Source: an uncultured Gemmatimonadaceae bacterium
GTDB taxonomy: Bacteria; Gemmatimonadota; Gemmatimonadetes; Gemmatimonadales; Gemmatimonadaceae
DNA length: 64,000 bases
Reading direction: 5' to 3'
Assembly (NCBI GenBank): GCA_963781585.1
Contig: CAWAGQ010000004.1
Coordinates: forward strand, 896,001 to 960,000
Part shown: positions 1 to 10,017 of the stretch, piece after piece
How the letters are laid out: every line of letters begins with the position of its first letter
Numbering within the stretch: position 1 is the stretch's first letter
Program-made: the position numbers and the translations under genes
Notes under the pieces: generated by a model
The model's input: only the letters and a program-made list of their open reading frames with translations
The model's database searches: none
What the model was told of the DNA's origin: nothing

Positions 1-2078
1 GCCGCCTGCTGCACGGCCGCCGTATCATTCGAGGGGCGGAGCTTTCCCTCGAAAAGCGTCGAAAGGTGCAAGGTCACGACGTCCTGCTTGTTCGCCCCCA
101 GAAAGCCCACGCGGGTGTGCCCCACGGCAGCCAGGAAGTCGTCGCTGACCTGGACCTCGGGCGAATACGAGAAGCTGATTTGCGGTGCAATGGTGTGCCG
201 GATCTGGCTCAGAGGTCCGAACCCCGGGAAGAAACGATAAAGCGTCGGGGAGATGCTGAGCTGGAACGCCGGGCGCAGCGGCTGCGAGATGAACCGGCTC
301 CCGCTCAGATTGGTGCGCACGAGAAGACCGAACGCGCCGTCCACTTTCTGCACCTGTACTGACGGTACGAGATTCCAGCGACCCTGCGAGAGTCCGGGCA
401 GGTTGAAGCTCGTCTGCCAGTCGATGTCGGTCCGGTAGGTGCGCTTGAAGATCCGGTCGACCGTCTTCGAGGTGTCGTTCACGTCCCTGATCGTGACCTT
501 CGACGGAACGTTCACCGCGACATCGGTGACCCTGAACGAGTTGTGCCAGCTGAAGCCGAAGATCTCGAGCGGCGTGTCGAGCTGGACGGAGCTGTTGCGT
601 TCGCTGTGGTCCAGCTTCACGCTGTCGACCGTGCCGTCCGGCAGCTGGATGTAACGAAATCCGTACTGCAACGCCTGATCGATGTGCAGACGCTGCTGGT
701 TGGAGGTGGTGATCGCAGGCGTCCAGGTGAGCCATGCTCCCACGCGGATCGGCTGCGACGAGAGATTGAAGTTCGGGAAGTTGCGAAGGATTTCGCTGCG
801 CCCCGGATACTGCGTCTGCGATCCCCCTATCGAGTACTTGAGCGGACCGCGACCGCTCTGGAAGTTGAGCTGCGAACTGATGTTCTGCAGTGCGGCGTAG
901 GGATTGAGCGCCGTATTCCGCTGGATGGTGGTGTTGCTGACGTAGTTGAGGTTGGCCGTGAGGTGGGTGCGTTGGGAGAAGTCCTGGGTGTGCTGCCACG
1001 AATACTGTTCGTTCCGCGACCCGTCGCGCAGAAAGTGGTACCCCACGCCGAGCTGGCCCGAAATGAAGCGGTCGCGCCATCGGTAGCGCACCTGGCTGTT
1101 GAGGCGGAACCAACCGGGGTCGTTCAGCGGAGCGCGCGCGTTGCTCCGCCAGTCCATGGTGAACTGCGCATCGACGTAGTCGCTCAGCACGAAGTAGTAC
1201 CCGAAGTTCTCGATCGTGCGGCGATAGGTCGGGCTGTTGCGAATCAGCTCACTGAAACCGAACTGCGGCGGGATGATTCCGCTGCGGCGTCCGCTCCGCA
1301 TGTCCTGAAAGACGAACGGCAGCCACATCACGGGAATGTCGGCGATGTACAGAATCGCTGGCCGCGCCACCATCACATCCTTCGAGATCAGCTTGATCTC
1401 CTTCGCCGCGAAGTGGTAGTGCGGAATGGAGTCGTCACAGCTGGTGAGCGATCCGCCGACGGCGTAGAAGGCCGTTTCGCCGTTCGCGGTCGAGTCGCCC
1501 TTGAACGCGCCCACGTTGCCGTGCACGAACCAGTGCTGACCGCTCTCCATGCCGGTGGTCACCTCGCGCGCGATACCCTCTCTGGTCCGGATGTCGTAGC
1601 GAATCAGACGCTCGGCCACGATGTCGTCCTGCCCGCTGCCGGGGTTACGCAGCAGGAGCGTGTCGCCGCGTGCGATAACGACCTGGGTGGAGTCGTTGTA
1701 CTGCACGGTGTCGCCCATCAGGGTCATCGAGTCGCGTGACACGATCGACGGCTTGCCGACGATGAAGATCTGGCCCGAGTCGGCGTGAAACGTTACGGTC
1801 GAACCCTGGTAGCGCGTCACCGCGAACCCCTCGCGCTTGAGCAGCGCGCTCATCACCGAATCCTCGGGCTCCCAGGGGATGACCCGCTGCGCCCTGGTGC
1901 TGTCGCCACGCTGCCCAAGCGAGTCGCGACGAGCCAGCGAATCGGGACGCGGAATGGTGTCGCGGCGGGTGGCGCTGTCTGGCCGGGGAGGAGTCACCTG
2001 GGCGCCGAGCGCGCGACCCGACGCCACGAGCGCGACGGCTGCCAGCGCGAGGATGGCGAGCCGGGTTCCGGCGATCAC
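1..2078 (-). CDS. lptD: Putative LPS-assembly protein LptD / organic solvent tolerance-like outer membrane protein (partial, runs off the left edge)
   Basis: Not in the ORF track. I read it manually from a GTG at 2078 overlapping the tatC stop (GTGA). It has a signal peptide (MIAGTRLAILALAAVALVASG) and the LptD-like segment 'LTSCDDSIPHYHFAAKEIKLI...ARPAILYIADIPVMWLPF...RRSGIIPPQFG'. The same frame is open where I checked it near position 1. Confidence 0.75.
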   Translation of the reverse strand, partial: MIAGTRLAILALAAVALVASGRALGAQVTPPRPDSATRRDTIPRPDSLARRDSLGQRGDSTRAQRVIPWEPEDSVMSALLKREGFAVTRYQGSTVTFHADSGQIFIVGKPSIVSRDSMTLMGDTVQYNDSTQVVIARGDTLLLRNPGSGQDDIVAERLIRYDIRTREGIAREVTTGMESGQHWFVHGNVGAFKGDSTANGETAFYAVGGSLTSCDDSIPHYHFAAKEIKLISKDVMVARPAILYIADIPVMWLPFVFQDMRSGRRSGIIPPQFGFSELIRNSPTYRRTIENFGYYFVLSDYVDAQFTMDWRSNARAPLNDPGWFRLNSQVRYRWRDRFISGQLGVGYHFLRDGSRNEQYSWQHTQDFSQRTHLTANLNYVSNTTIQRNTALNPYAALQNISSQLNFQSGRGPLKYSIGGSQTQYPGRSEILRNFPNFNLSSQPIRVGAWLTWTPAITTSNQQRLHIDQALQYGFRYIQLPDGTVDSVKLDHSERNSSVQLDTPLEIFGFSWHNSFRVTDVAVNVPSKVTIRDVNDTSKTVDRIFKRTYRTDIDWQTSFNLPGLSQGRWNLVPSVQVQKVDGAFGLLVRTNLSGSRFISQPLRPAFQLSISPTLYRFFPGFGPLSQIRHTIAPQISFSYSPEVQVSDDFLAAVGHTRVGFLGANKQDVVTLHLSTLFEGKLRPSNDTAAVQQA

Positions 2079-2866
2079 GCGGGGGCCCCGGCCCCTTCCG
2101 CCTCGGCGGCCTCCTTCTCCTCGCGCTTCCGTTTCCAGCGGTGGATCATCGCCGAGGCGCCAACGCTCACCTCGTAGAGCATGTACAGCGGCACAGCCAG
2201 GGCGAACAGCGAGAACGGATCCTGTCCCGGCGTGATGAACGCCGCGGCCACCAGCGCGCCCACGATTGCGTACCGGCGGAAGCGGTTGAGCATCCTTGGA
2301 TTCACGAGACCCAGCCACGAGAGTCCGGCAATCGCGATCGGCAGCTCGAAGACCGCGCCCAGGGCGAGCGACATGCTCATCACGAAGCCCGTGTATTCCC
2401 GGAACGAGAACATCGGGTCCAGTGCCGCGGACTGGATACTGGTGAACACCTTGAGCGTGAGGGGAAGGATCAAGAACCACGACAGCGCAGTCCCCGCGAG
2501 AAAGAGCAGCGCGCCGCAGATCAGTACCGGAATCACGACGCGCTTCTCATGCTTGTACAGGGCTGGCGACAGGAAGCCCCACACGTGCCACCCGATAACC
2601 GGTGACGCGAGGATAGTTCCCAGGATGAGCGACGCCGTCATCAGAATGCGCAACGGGTCGGTGGGATTGGTGACGATCAGCCGACGGCCGGCCGGGAGAT
2701 ACGGGAGGACGGGCCGCTCGATGACGAGGAACAGATCGAACCGCGTGAGCAGGTAGAACGCCACGCCAACGCCGATGGCCACGGCCACGAGCGACCAGAT
2801 GATGCGCCACCGGAGCTCCTCGAGGTGATCGAGGAAGGGCATCTCCGTCTGACCGTCCCGCGACAT
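2075..2866 (-). CDS. tatC: Twin-arginine translocase subunit TatC
   Basis: Starts MPFLDHLEELRWR; contains FLSPALYKHEK, FELP and AAFITPGQDP motifs; 6 TM segments. Confidence 0.97.
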   Translation of the reverse strand: MSRDGQTEMPFLDHLEELRWRIIWSLVAVAIGVGVAFYLLTRFDLFLVIERPVLPYLPAGRRLIVTNPTDPLRILMTASLILGTILASPVIGWHVWGFLSPALYKHEKRVVIPVLICGALLFLAGTALSWFLILPLTLKVFTSIQSAALDPMFSFREYTGFVMSMSLALGAVFELPIAIAGLSWLGLVNPRMLNRFRRYAIVGALVAAAFITPGQDPFSLFALAVPLYMLYEVSVGASAMIHRWKRKREEKEAAEAEGAGAPA

Positions 2867-2883
2867 ACGCCTCCCGCCCGCTG

Positions 2884-3681
2884 CTACGGCTTGCAGCTCC
2901 AGGTCTTTACCAGGTCGGCCTCGTCCGAGGTGGGATACTCCCGGGCAACCCGATCCATCACCGCGCGCGCCTCAGCGCACCGTCCACCACCCTCCAACAG
3001 CTTGCCAACCTTGTAGAGCGCCGTCGACGCCTTTGGCGACTGCGGGTATTTCTGTGCGACCTCACGATACGCGGAGTCCGCCGCCGCGGTGTTCCCTTCC
3101 TTGTTGAGCGTCTCGGCAATCCAGTATTGCGCCTCGGGCGCGAGTTCCGAGTTCGGCCAGGCCGCCACGAGCTGGCGAAACGCCTCTCGCGCCGTGGCGT
3201 AGCTCTCCTGACGCATCTGATCGTTGGCGAGCGTCCAGAGCTGATACGGTCCCGGCGGAGGAGCACCCGGGGTTGCGGCGGCGGTGGTGTCGCCGGGGGC
3301 GGGGGGCTGCGACGACATGATCTGCTGATTCCGGGTCTCTATCTCCGAGTGCAGGTCCTGCAGCCGGCGCTGGCTCTGGCCGGTGAGCTCCTGAATCTGC
3401 AGAAGCTGCTGCTCAACGGAGTACAGCTCCTGCCGGGAATCGCCCTGGAGTTTCACCAACCGGGCGCTCACATCGCGGACGGAATCCGAGAGCGTAGCGA
3501 AGGCGTCGCGCGCCGCCGTGATCATCGTCTCCAGTTGTCGCGCGCGCGCAGAGTCGGCGCGCGCGGCCTCGGCACGAAACGCCACCAGGTCGTCCTGCAG
3601 AACGCGGACGTCGCTCCGGGTGGCAAAGCAGCCCAGCCCGATCGTGGCAATGGCGATGGCGCCGAGGTCGCGAGTGCGCAT
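2884..3681 (-). CDS. cpoB: Tol-Pal system TPR protein CpoB/YbgF
   Basis: Lipobox-like GLGC, a coiled coil, then TPR repeats (PNSELAPEAQYWIAE, YPQSPKASTALYKVG); directly downstream of pal. Confidence 0.85.
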   Translation of the reverse strand: MRTRDLGAIAIATIGLGCFATRSDVRVLQDDLVAFRAEAARADSARARQLETMITAARDAFATLSDSVRDVSARLVKLQGDSRQELYSVEQQLLQIQELTGQSQRRLQDLHSEIETRNQQIMSSQPPAPGDTTAAATPGAPPPGPYQLWTLANDQMRQESYATAREAFRQLVAAWPNSELAPEAQYWIAETLNKEGNTAAADSAYREVAQKYPQSPKASTALYKVGKLLEGGGRCAEARAVMDRVAREYPTSDEADLVKTWSCKP

Positions 3682-4284
3682 CTAGTTGAGCGAGGTGATG
3701 TTGTCCCCGCCGGCGATGATCTCGAACTCATCGCGACGGTTCTGGCGGTACGCGTCTTCGGTGCTACCCTGCACCGCAGGCCGCGCTTCGCCCCAACTCA
3801 CGATCTCGATCCGCGAGGGATCGATTCCCTGATCCGTAAGGTAGCGCTTGGCGGCGGCAGCTCGGCGCTGCCCGAGGGCGAGGTTATAGGCGTCGGAGCC
3901 GCGCTCATCGCAATGTCCCGAGATCCGGAGGCGAACCGCCGGATTCTTGCGCAAGATCGGGAGCTTGGCGTCGAGCGCGGAGCGCGAGGCGTCGGTGATG
4001 TTCGACATGTCGTAATCGAAGAAGATCTGGGCCTTCAACGTAGCTACCGCCGCCGCCCGCGCGCGTTCCGCGGCCGCGATGGAGTCGCGCCGGGCAGCCT
4101 CGGCCGCTGCACGACGCCGTGCCGCCTCGGCGGCCGCAATGCTGTCTTGACATGCCTGATTGCAGGTTTCGGTGGGCCGCGCAGCAGGTTCCGGGGGCGG
4201 AGCGACATCCTGCTTCTTGTGACAGGCAGCGAAGGCAGCGGCCGCAAGCATCGTCGGCACGATCACTCGGTGGATGCGGTTCAT
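3682..4284 (-). CDS. pal: Peptidoglycan-associated lipoprotein Pal
   Basis: Lipobox FAAC; OmpA-like domain IFFDYD...GHCDERGSDAYNLALGQRRA...NRR. Confidence 0.95.
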   Translation of the reverse strand: MNRIHRVIVPTMLAAAAFAACHKKQDVAPPPEPAARPTETCNQACQDSIAAAEAARRRAAAEAARRDSIAAAERARAAAVATLKAQIFFDYDMSNITDASRSALDAKLPILRKNPAVRLRISGHCDERGSDAYNLALGQRRAAAAKRYLTDQGIDPSRIEIVSWGEARPAVQGSTEDAYRQNRRDEFEIIAGGDNITSLN

Positions 4285-4314
4285 CGCGTTATCTCGTGGT
4301 GGGGGGTGACCAGT

Positions 4315-5640
4315 TTACCGGCTGCGAAGAGGAGACGACCACGCGCCGTACAGCGCTGCTCTGGACGCGTGCGTGAGTTGGCGAACTCGACCTGACTCCA
4401 TATCGACCACGAACAGCTGGCGTGCTCCCGTCCGGTCGGACGTGAACACGATGTGCCGGCTGTCCGGTGCAAACCATGGATTCTCGTTGATGCCCTCACT
4501 CGTCAGCTGGCGAACCGTCCGATCGAGGAGGCTGATGGTCATGACCTGGAACCTGCCCGCGAGCTGCGACTGAAACGCGATCAACCGCCCATCCGGCGAC
4601 CAGTTCGGGTCCGTTCTATAGGACTGGTCACCGACCATGTAGGTCAAGATCTGAGCGTTCGTCCCATCGGCGTCCGAAATATACACCTCCGGATGCCCAT
4701 TCCTATTCGAGGTGAAGGCGATGCGCCTGCCGTCCGGGCTGAAGGTCGGTGAGGTGTTGATGAAATCTCCACGGGACACGGTCACCTTGCGTGCCGGCTC
4801 GGACCCGAATGGATCGGTCGCATAGAGATCGATCCCGTTCTCGGCGCCGTGCGCATACATGATCGTGGAGCCGTCGGGCGAGAAGACCGGCGTGCTGTTC
4901 ATGTTGCCGGGCGGGGTCCGCAAGACACGTGTGGCCCCCCCCAGCTCCCTGATGATGACCCGCTGGCCCTCGTCCCCCATCGTGATGTACGCGATGTGCG
5001 TCGCTTTGGGAAACCACACCGGCGACATCGCATCCGGCGCAGGCACCAGGAGCTTCGGATTCGCGCCGTCGCTGTCGACCTGCCAGACCCGCCCAGGATT
5101 GCCGTCGGCGTAGAGAATCCGCGTCGCCGCGATGCCCGGCACGCCGGTGAGCCAGCCCTCCATCTCATCGGCGACGTTATGCAGCGAAAGCCGCCACTCG
5201 GGGGAGAGCCCTGCGCCGTCCAGCGGGAAATCCTTCACCCGCTCCACCTTCTGCTGGGCAACGTCGTGCACCGCCACGTGGATCCCGAACGCGGTCATGG
5301 TCGGTTGCACCACCGCTGCCGCGCCCAGCCGCGCGAACAGCGGGTAGTTGGCCGACGAGCGGGACCCATCTGCCGAGCTGTCGGTCCCGGCCGAATCCCA
5401 GGCGATCACGTTGATGCGATCGCCGAAGTCGAAATCCCGCTGCAGAATCGTGCGGATCGAATCACCGACCTCGCCGTTGACCGGGAGCACCACGACACCC
5501 GGTTTCGTGCCGGGGGCGTACTTCAGGGCGAGCCGAACACCGCGCGTGCTGTCCTGCGCCACCGCGGAGCCCGCCAAGCACGCGAGCGCCGCCGCGGCCG
5601 CGAGGTGAACAACACTTCTGCGGAACGGCGAACGGGACAT
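4315..5640 (-). CDS. tolB: TolB-like beta-propeller protein
   Basis: Signal peptide; PD40 repeats (PVFSPDG, PTFSPDGRRIAFTS, PNWSPDG); position in the tol-pal operon. Confidence 0.9.
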   Translation of the reverse strand: MSRSPFRRSVVHLAAAAALACLAGSAVAQDSTRGVRLALKYAPGTKPGVVVLPVNGEVGDSIRTILQRDFDFGDRINVIAWDSAGTDSSADGSRSSANYPLFARLGAAAVVQPTMTAFGIHVAVHDVAQQKVERVKDFPLDGAGLSPEWRLSLHNVADEMEGWLTGVPGIAATRILYADGNPGRVWQVDSDGANPKLLVPAPDAMSPVWFPKATHIAYITMGDEGQRVIIRELGGATRVLRTPPGNMNSTPVFSPDGSTIMYAHGAENGIDLYATDPFGSEPARKVTVSRGDFINTSPTFSPDGRRIAFTSNRNGHPEVYISDADGTNAQILTYMVGDQSYRTDPNWSPDGRLIAFQSQLAGRFQVMTISLLDRTVRQLTSEGINENPWFAPDSRHIVFTSDRTGARQLFVVDMESGRVRQLTHASRAALYGAWSSPLRSR

Positions 5641-6362
5641 TACCGGATCACTGTCGGGTCGAACGTGAAGATAACCGTCAACACGTCATCCGCCCAACCG
5701 TCGGGCAACGGGCCAAAGGCGAGCGATTTCCCTGCCTGCTCCACCGCGCCCATCGCGGCCAGATCGAACGCGGTTGAGCCCGAGCGACGATGCAACTGTA
5801 TTCCGGTGACGCTACCATCACGATGAATGAGAAAGACGAGCTCGGCGTGCAGCGCGCCGGCGTTGCGCGGCTTGAAGCGGAGTGCGATCTGGGTGACGAT
5901 GTTGTGGAGGTAGGTGGGGAACGGAAACGCCACGCCCTCGAGATCGACGTTGGCCACGTCGGCTCCCTTTCCACCTTCGGGACCGCCTCCCGCCTTGGGC
6001 GCGGCGTCATCGTGGCGCGCGGTGCGGGTGGTGGGGACGGGAGTCGCCTTGGCCGGTGCCTTACGAGTCGCGGGGGCCTTCCTGGGCGGTGGGGCAGTCT
6101 TCGGGAAGGACTCGGCGCGCTTGGGAGTGGCGTCGGGCGGTGCGGTGGGGGCCGGCGTCTCAGAGACCACGCCGACCGCGCGCGGTCCCGCCGGCGCCGC
6201 GACAAGCTGCACATGGTAGATGGGCGGGAGGGCCTCGTGTCCGGCCTGCGCAGCGAGCACCGCCAACACCACCAGCGATCCGTGCAGCAGTGCCGAGAGC
6301 GTGACCGGAAGCCCGAGGCGTGGAGCCCGGTCGCCCGGTCGCGCGGTGGTTGCGCTCCTCAT
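5640..6362 (-). CDS. TolA/TonB-family energy transducer
   Basis: N-terminal TM with SxxLH, a Pro/Ala/Lys linker, and a TonB C-terminal domain (RSGSTAFDLAAMGAV). Confidence 0.85.
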   Translation of the reverse strand: MRSATTARPGDRAPRLGLPVTLSALLHGSLVVLAVLAAQAGHEALPPIYHVQLVAAPAGPRAVGVVSETPAPTAPPDATPKRAESFPKTAPPPRKAPATRKAPAKATPVPTTRTARHDDAAPKAGGGPEGGKGADVANVDLEGVAFPFPTYLHNIVTQIALRFKPRNAGALHAELVFLIHRDGSVTGIQLHRRSGSTAFDLAAMGAVEQAGKSLAFGPLPDGWADDVLTVIFTFDPTVIR

Positions 6363-6769
6363 CGTTCGCGAATCGGTTCCACCGCCATGCCGACGCCGGC
6401 GATTCCTGCCTTCATCATCACGCCGAGCACCCGTGCCACGGTGCCATAGTCGACGCTTTCGTCGGCCTGGAGGTAGACGCCCTGTTTGGCGCGCCCCTCG
6501 GCATAGGACTTGAGCGACGCATTGAACTCGGCGAACGTCATGCGAATGCCGTCCACTGCGATGCCGCGGTCGCGATCGATGGTGATCACCATGCCGCTCT
6601 TCTGTTCCAGCGGCCGCGCTTCGGCTTTCGGCAGCGTCACGTCGATTCCACCCTGCATCATGGGCGCGGTGATCATGAAGATCACCAGCAGGAGCATCAT
6701 CACGTCGATCAGGCTCACGACGTTGATCTCCGCGTTCAGTGGTACTCGCTCCCGCCGCCGACGTGCCAT
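6359..6769 (-). CDS. tolR: TolR/ExbD biopolymer transport protein
   Basis: EINVVSLIDVMMLLLVIFMITAP motif; start re-picked at MARRRRER. Confidence 0.9.
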   Translation of the reverse strand: MARRRRERVPLNAEINVVSLIDVMMLLLVIFMITAPMMQGGIDVTLPKAEARPLEQKSGMVITIDRDRGIAVDGIRMTFAEFNASLKSYAEGRAKQGVYLQADESVDYGTVARVLGVMMKAGIAGVGMAVEPIRER

Positions 6770-6782
6770 GTCCGGGTCTCCG

Positions 6783-7505
6783 TCAGATGCGCTGCTCGCG
6801 CACCAGCAATGCCACGAGCTCGGAGCCGAAGCCATCCAGCTCGCCGTCGATCCGATTGAGCCGGGTGGCGAAGATGTTGTACGCGAACACCGCCGGGATC
6901 GCGACCGCCAGGGCCAGCGCCGTCGCCGTCAGCGCCTCGGCCACGCCGGGCGCGACCGCGCCGATATTCCCCGCGCCGCCCACCGCGATTCCGAGAAACG
7001 AGTGGATCACCCCGAGCACCGTGCCTAACAATCCGATCAGGGGGCTCACCGACCCGATGGTTCCGAGCCACGGCACGAAGTGCGCCAGTGCGTCGCGTTC
7101 GACCGCCATCTGCGAGTCCATGACTTCGCGAAGCGCCTCCACCTGGGCCGCGCTCAGGCGTGGCGTCCGCTCCGGAGTACCCACCAGCGCGGGCGTGGTT
7201 TCCGTGAGAAACAGCTGCGCGCGCTCGAAGACGCGCGTGAAGGGATTGGCCCGCCCCTTGGCGGCGAGACGCGCCACCTCAGCCAGGCTCTGTGCACGTT
7301 CGAACTGGCGCACGAACGACGCGCCGGTGCGCCGAACGCGCCGGTACTCGATCCACTTGGCGAACATGATGGTCCAGCTCACCAGCGACAGGAGTGCGAG
7401 CAGTGCAAGCACACCCTGGGTCACGGGGGTAGCCGAGGTAATCAGTTCGAGCGGCGTGGACGGAATCGCGCCGCTGACCTGTGCAAGGAGGGGAAACGGC
7501 ATCAC
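6783..7505 (-). CDS. tolQ: TolQ/ExbB (MotA family) proton channel
   Basis: LGTIGSVSPLIGLLGTVLG and VAPGVAEALTATA motifs. Confidence 0.92.
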   Translation of the reverse strand: MMPFPLLAQVSGAIPSTPLELITSATPVTQGVLALLALLSLVSWTIMFAKWIEYRRVRRTGASFVRQFERAQSLAEVARLAAKGRANPFTRVFERAQLFLTETTPALVGTPERTPRLSAAQVEALREVMDSQMAVERDALAHFVPWLGTIGSVSPLIGLLGTVLGVIHSFLGIAVGGAGNIGAVAPGVAEALTATALALAVAIPAVFAYNIFATRLNRIDGELDGFGSELVALLVREQRI

Positions 7506-8467
7506 GGCATCTCCAGCTTCGTGCGCGACGCGAACCAGGCAAAGGTGTCCCGCAGGCCAGTCTCGAGCCCGACGAGCGGGCGCCAGCCCAGTTCACGCGC
7601 CGCCTTCTCCACCGTCACCGCGGATCGCTGCTGTTCCCCCGCTCGAGGTGGCGCATGCAGAACCGGGACCTCTGAACCGGCCACCCGTTGCAGGGCCCGC
7701 GCGAGGTCGATGACCGACGTCTCGGTCGCGGTGCCGATGTTGTAGGCGCGGACGTCCAGCCGGCCGCGGGACCGCAGCGTGGCCCGGGCGGCCGCCAGAT
7801 TGGCTCGCGCCACGTCACCGACGTACACGTAATCGCGCGTCTGAAGGCCTTCGCCGAACAGGGTCAGCGGCTGGCCGCTGAGGATCCGATCGCAGAAGAT
7901 GGCGACCACGCCGGCTTCGCCATGGGGATTCTGCCGGGGCCCATAGACGTTCGAGTACCGCAGGATGACACTCTCCACTCCGTGAACCCGACCGTAGTAG
8001 GCGAGGTAGTACTCCACGCTCAGTTTCGCGATGCCGTACGGCGATTCCGGATCCTTGGGCATGTCCTCCACCGACGGAACGGGAACGAAGTCCCCGTAGA
8101 TGGCGCCACCGGTGGACGAAAAGACGACGCGGGTCGGGAAACCGCTCGCGCGCACGGCCTCCAGCAGGTTCAATGCACCGACGATGTTGATCGCGGCATC
8201 CGCGGCGGGATCGCTCACGCTCTTGCGGACATCGATCTGGGCAGCGAGATGGCAGACGAGGTCGAACCGGCCTTCGCGCACCAGGCGGGCCGCGTCCGGA
8301 GCCCGCAGGTCGACCTGATGGAAGCGTGCCCGTTCCGGCAGATTGGCGCGGTTGCCGGAGGACAAGTCGTCGACGATCTCGACCACCATCCCTTCGGCGA
8401 GCAACAGGTCGGCCACGTGCGAGCCGATGAATCCCGCGCCGCCGGTCACGAGGGCGCGTCCGCTCAT
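7502..8467 (-). CDS. NAD-dependent epimerase/dehydratase (UDP-glucose 4-epimerase-like)
   Basis: TGGAGFIGSH, YGIAK, RYSNVYGPRQNPHGEAGVV. Confidence 0.9.
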   Translation of the reverse strand: MSGRALVTGGAGFIGSHVADLLLAEGMVVEIVDDLSSGNRANLPERARFHQVDLRAPDAARLVREGRFDLVCHLAAQIDVRKSVSDPAADAAINIVGALNLLEAVRASGFPTRVVFSSTGGAIYGDFVPVPSVEDMPKDPESPYGIAKLSVEYYLAYYGRVHGVESVILRYSNVYGPRQNPHGEAGVVAIFCDRILSGQPLTLFGEGLQTRDYVYVGDVARANLAAARATLRSRGRLDVRAYNIGTATETSVIDLARALQRVAGSEVPVLHAPPRAGEQQRSAVTVEKAARELGWRPLVGLETGLRDTFAWFASRTKLEMP

Positions 8468-8646
8468 GCGGGCGCGACAGGTGTGCTGGATGCAGCCGTC
8501 ATCGAGACGCTCCCGCGTCGGGTGTTGGTGACGCCGCAGACGAAACCGGCGCCGGGGTGTGTGGCCCCAGCGCCGGGTTCCGTCACTGCGAGTTCACTGA
8601 GAGCGCGCGTGGGCAGTGGTCGCCAATCTAACGACTGTCGCTCGCG

Positions 8647-10017
8647 TCAGGGGAGTTTGGCGCTGACGCGCACGGGCATGCCGGGCGCGATGTCGCCGCG
8701 CTGCCGCCTGATGATCTTCGCCGTGGCAGTGCGCAGCCCCACGCGCAGCACTGTGGCGACCGCGATCTCGCCAGAGTGGAGCGCGGCGGTGTCCTCTCCC
8801 ACCGGGCCAAGAAGGGTGACCTGATCGCCCGGCTTCACCCCGGAAAGCGTGCCGAGATTCACGATCACATCGTACTGCAGCGAGGGGAGGAGCGCCGAGC
8901 TGCCGATCCACACTACTTCGCCGGTCGCTCCGTTCGAAACCGGGACTGGATGTGCCGGCGTCGTGTCGGCGGGCAGTGCCAGCGGGAACAGCTGATCGGA
9001 GCAGGACATCGTTCCGAACTGTGCGAGCACCGTGGCGCGTGTCGCGGTGCCAGCCCCGCCGCTATCGACTCTGACGATGCCAGTTGGGACCATGACGGTG
9101 CCCAGCCCTTCGAGTTGGGGACCAACGTGTGCCGCGAGCAGACGATCGCCCGCGGACACGGGGACAGCCTCGGGCGGCGCCAGCACCATGCGATCCCCAT
9201 AGCGCACGACCGACGAGGCGCCGCCTGCCGAGTCTCCGCTGGTGGAGAACGCGAGACATCGGCCGGCGCCCCACATCGCATCTGCGCCCGGCCTCATGGT
9301 TCCCGGCGCGCCGCGGCTCGCGCCGCCTTGCACCCCTATCGCAATCCACTCGGCAGGCAGCACGAATGGCGCCGACACGTACTCCCAGGCCCGGACCGGA
9401 GCCGGCGGTGCCACTTCCGGCCCGATCGTGTCCGCGCCTAACGACATGGCGGGCGGGGGCGCCGCACCCGGCTCCTTGCCGAAGAAGATCGACCGCCCGG
9501 CCATCGTGGGCGCGCCCGGGGCCGGCGAGGCCGCTTCCAGTACCCCCGGGTGCTCGACCGCCGCCTGGGGTGGCCCGGGTTTCTTCACCGCCACCGTCTT
9601 TCGCGCCCCTCCGCCGGCGGGCGGCGCGGCTGGTTTGCTCACGGCGGGTGGACGCTGCCCGCCGGCATTGCGAGGCGCCGAAGCCCGGTTGGATTCACCA
9701 CGGGCCGCCGTTCCCATCGGCGCCGACGGGCTGCGGGTCGCTGCCGAACGCCGCGCCCTCGGCGGCAACACCAGTCGCAGACCGGTCTCCAGCTGATTCG
9801 GCGACGTCACATGCTCCCGGTTCAGGGACAGTATCTCGGTCCACCGATGCCCGTCTCCCAGGGAGTCTTGGGCGATCCGCCAGAGCGTTTCACCCGCCTT
9901 GACCACATGACTGCGCGTCCCCGTCGCGGCAGGTTGCGCGCCTAACAGCGCGGGGGCCACCAGGGCCCCCGCGAGCAATGCTACCAGCCAATCAGAACGG
10001 AAGGTCGTCGTCCTCAT
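8647..10017 (-). CDS. LysM peptidoglycan-binding protein with a C-terminal FlgT-C-like region (TsaP-like architecture)
   Basis: Signal peptide; LysM (HVVKAGETLWRIA...WTEILSLN...LETGLRLVLP); low-complexity linker; C-terminal NLGTLSGVKPGD...VLRVGLRTATAKI. Start uncertain. Confidence 0.7.
   Translation of the reverse strand: MRTTTFRSDWLVALLAGALVAPALLGAQPAATGTRSHVVKAGETLWRIAQDSLGDGHRWTEILSLNREHVTSPNQLETGLRLVLPPRARRSAATRSPSAPMGTAARGESNRASAPRNAGGQRPPAVSKPAAPPAGGGARKTVAVKKPGPPQAAVEHPGVLEAASPAPGAPTMAGRSIFFGKEPGAAPPPAMSLGADTIGPEVAPPAPVRAWEYVSAPFVLPAEWIAIGVQGGASRGAPGTMRPGADAMWGAGRCLAFSTSGDSAGGASSVVRYGDRMVLAPPEAVPVSAGDRLLAAHVGPQLEGLGTVMVPTGIVRVDSGGAGTATRATVLAQFGTMSCSDQLFPLALPADTTPAHPVPVSNGATGEVVWIGSSALLPSLQYDVIVNLGTLSGVKPGDQVTLLGPVGEDTAALHSGEIAVATVLRVGLRTATAKIIRRQRGDIAPGMPVRVSAKLP

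Noticed and set aside
25..1113. 362-aa minus-strand ORF
   Set aside because: An alternative frame of the LptD gene; Arg/Pro/Ala-rich with no recognisable motif.
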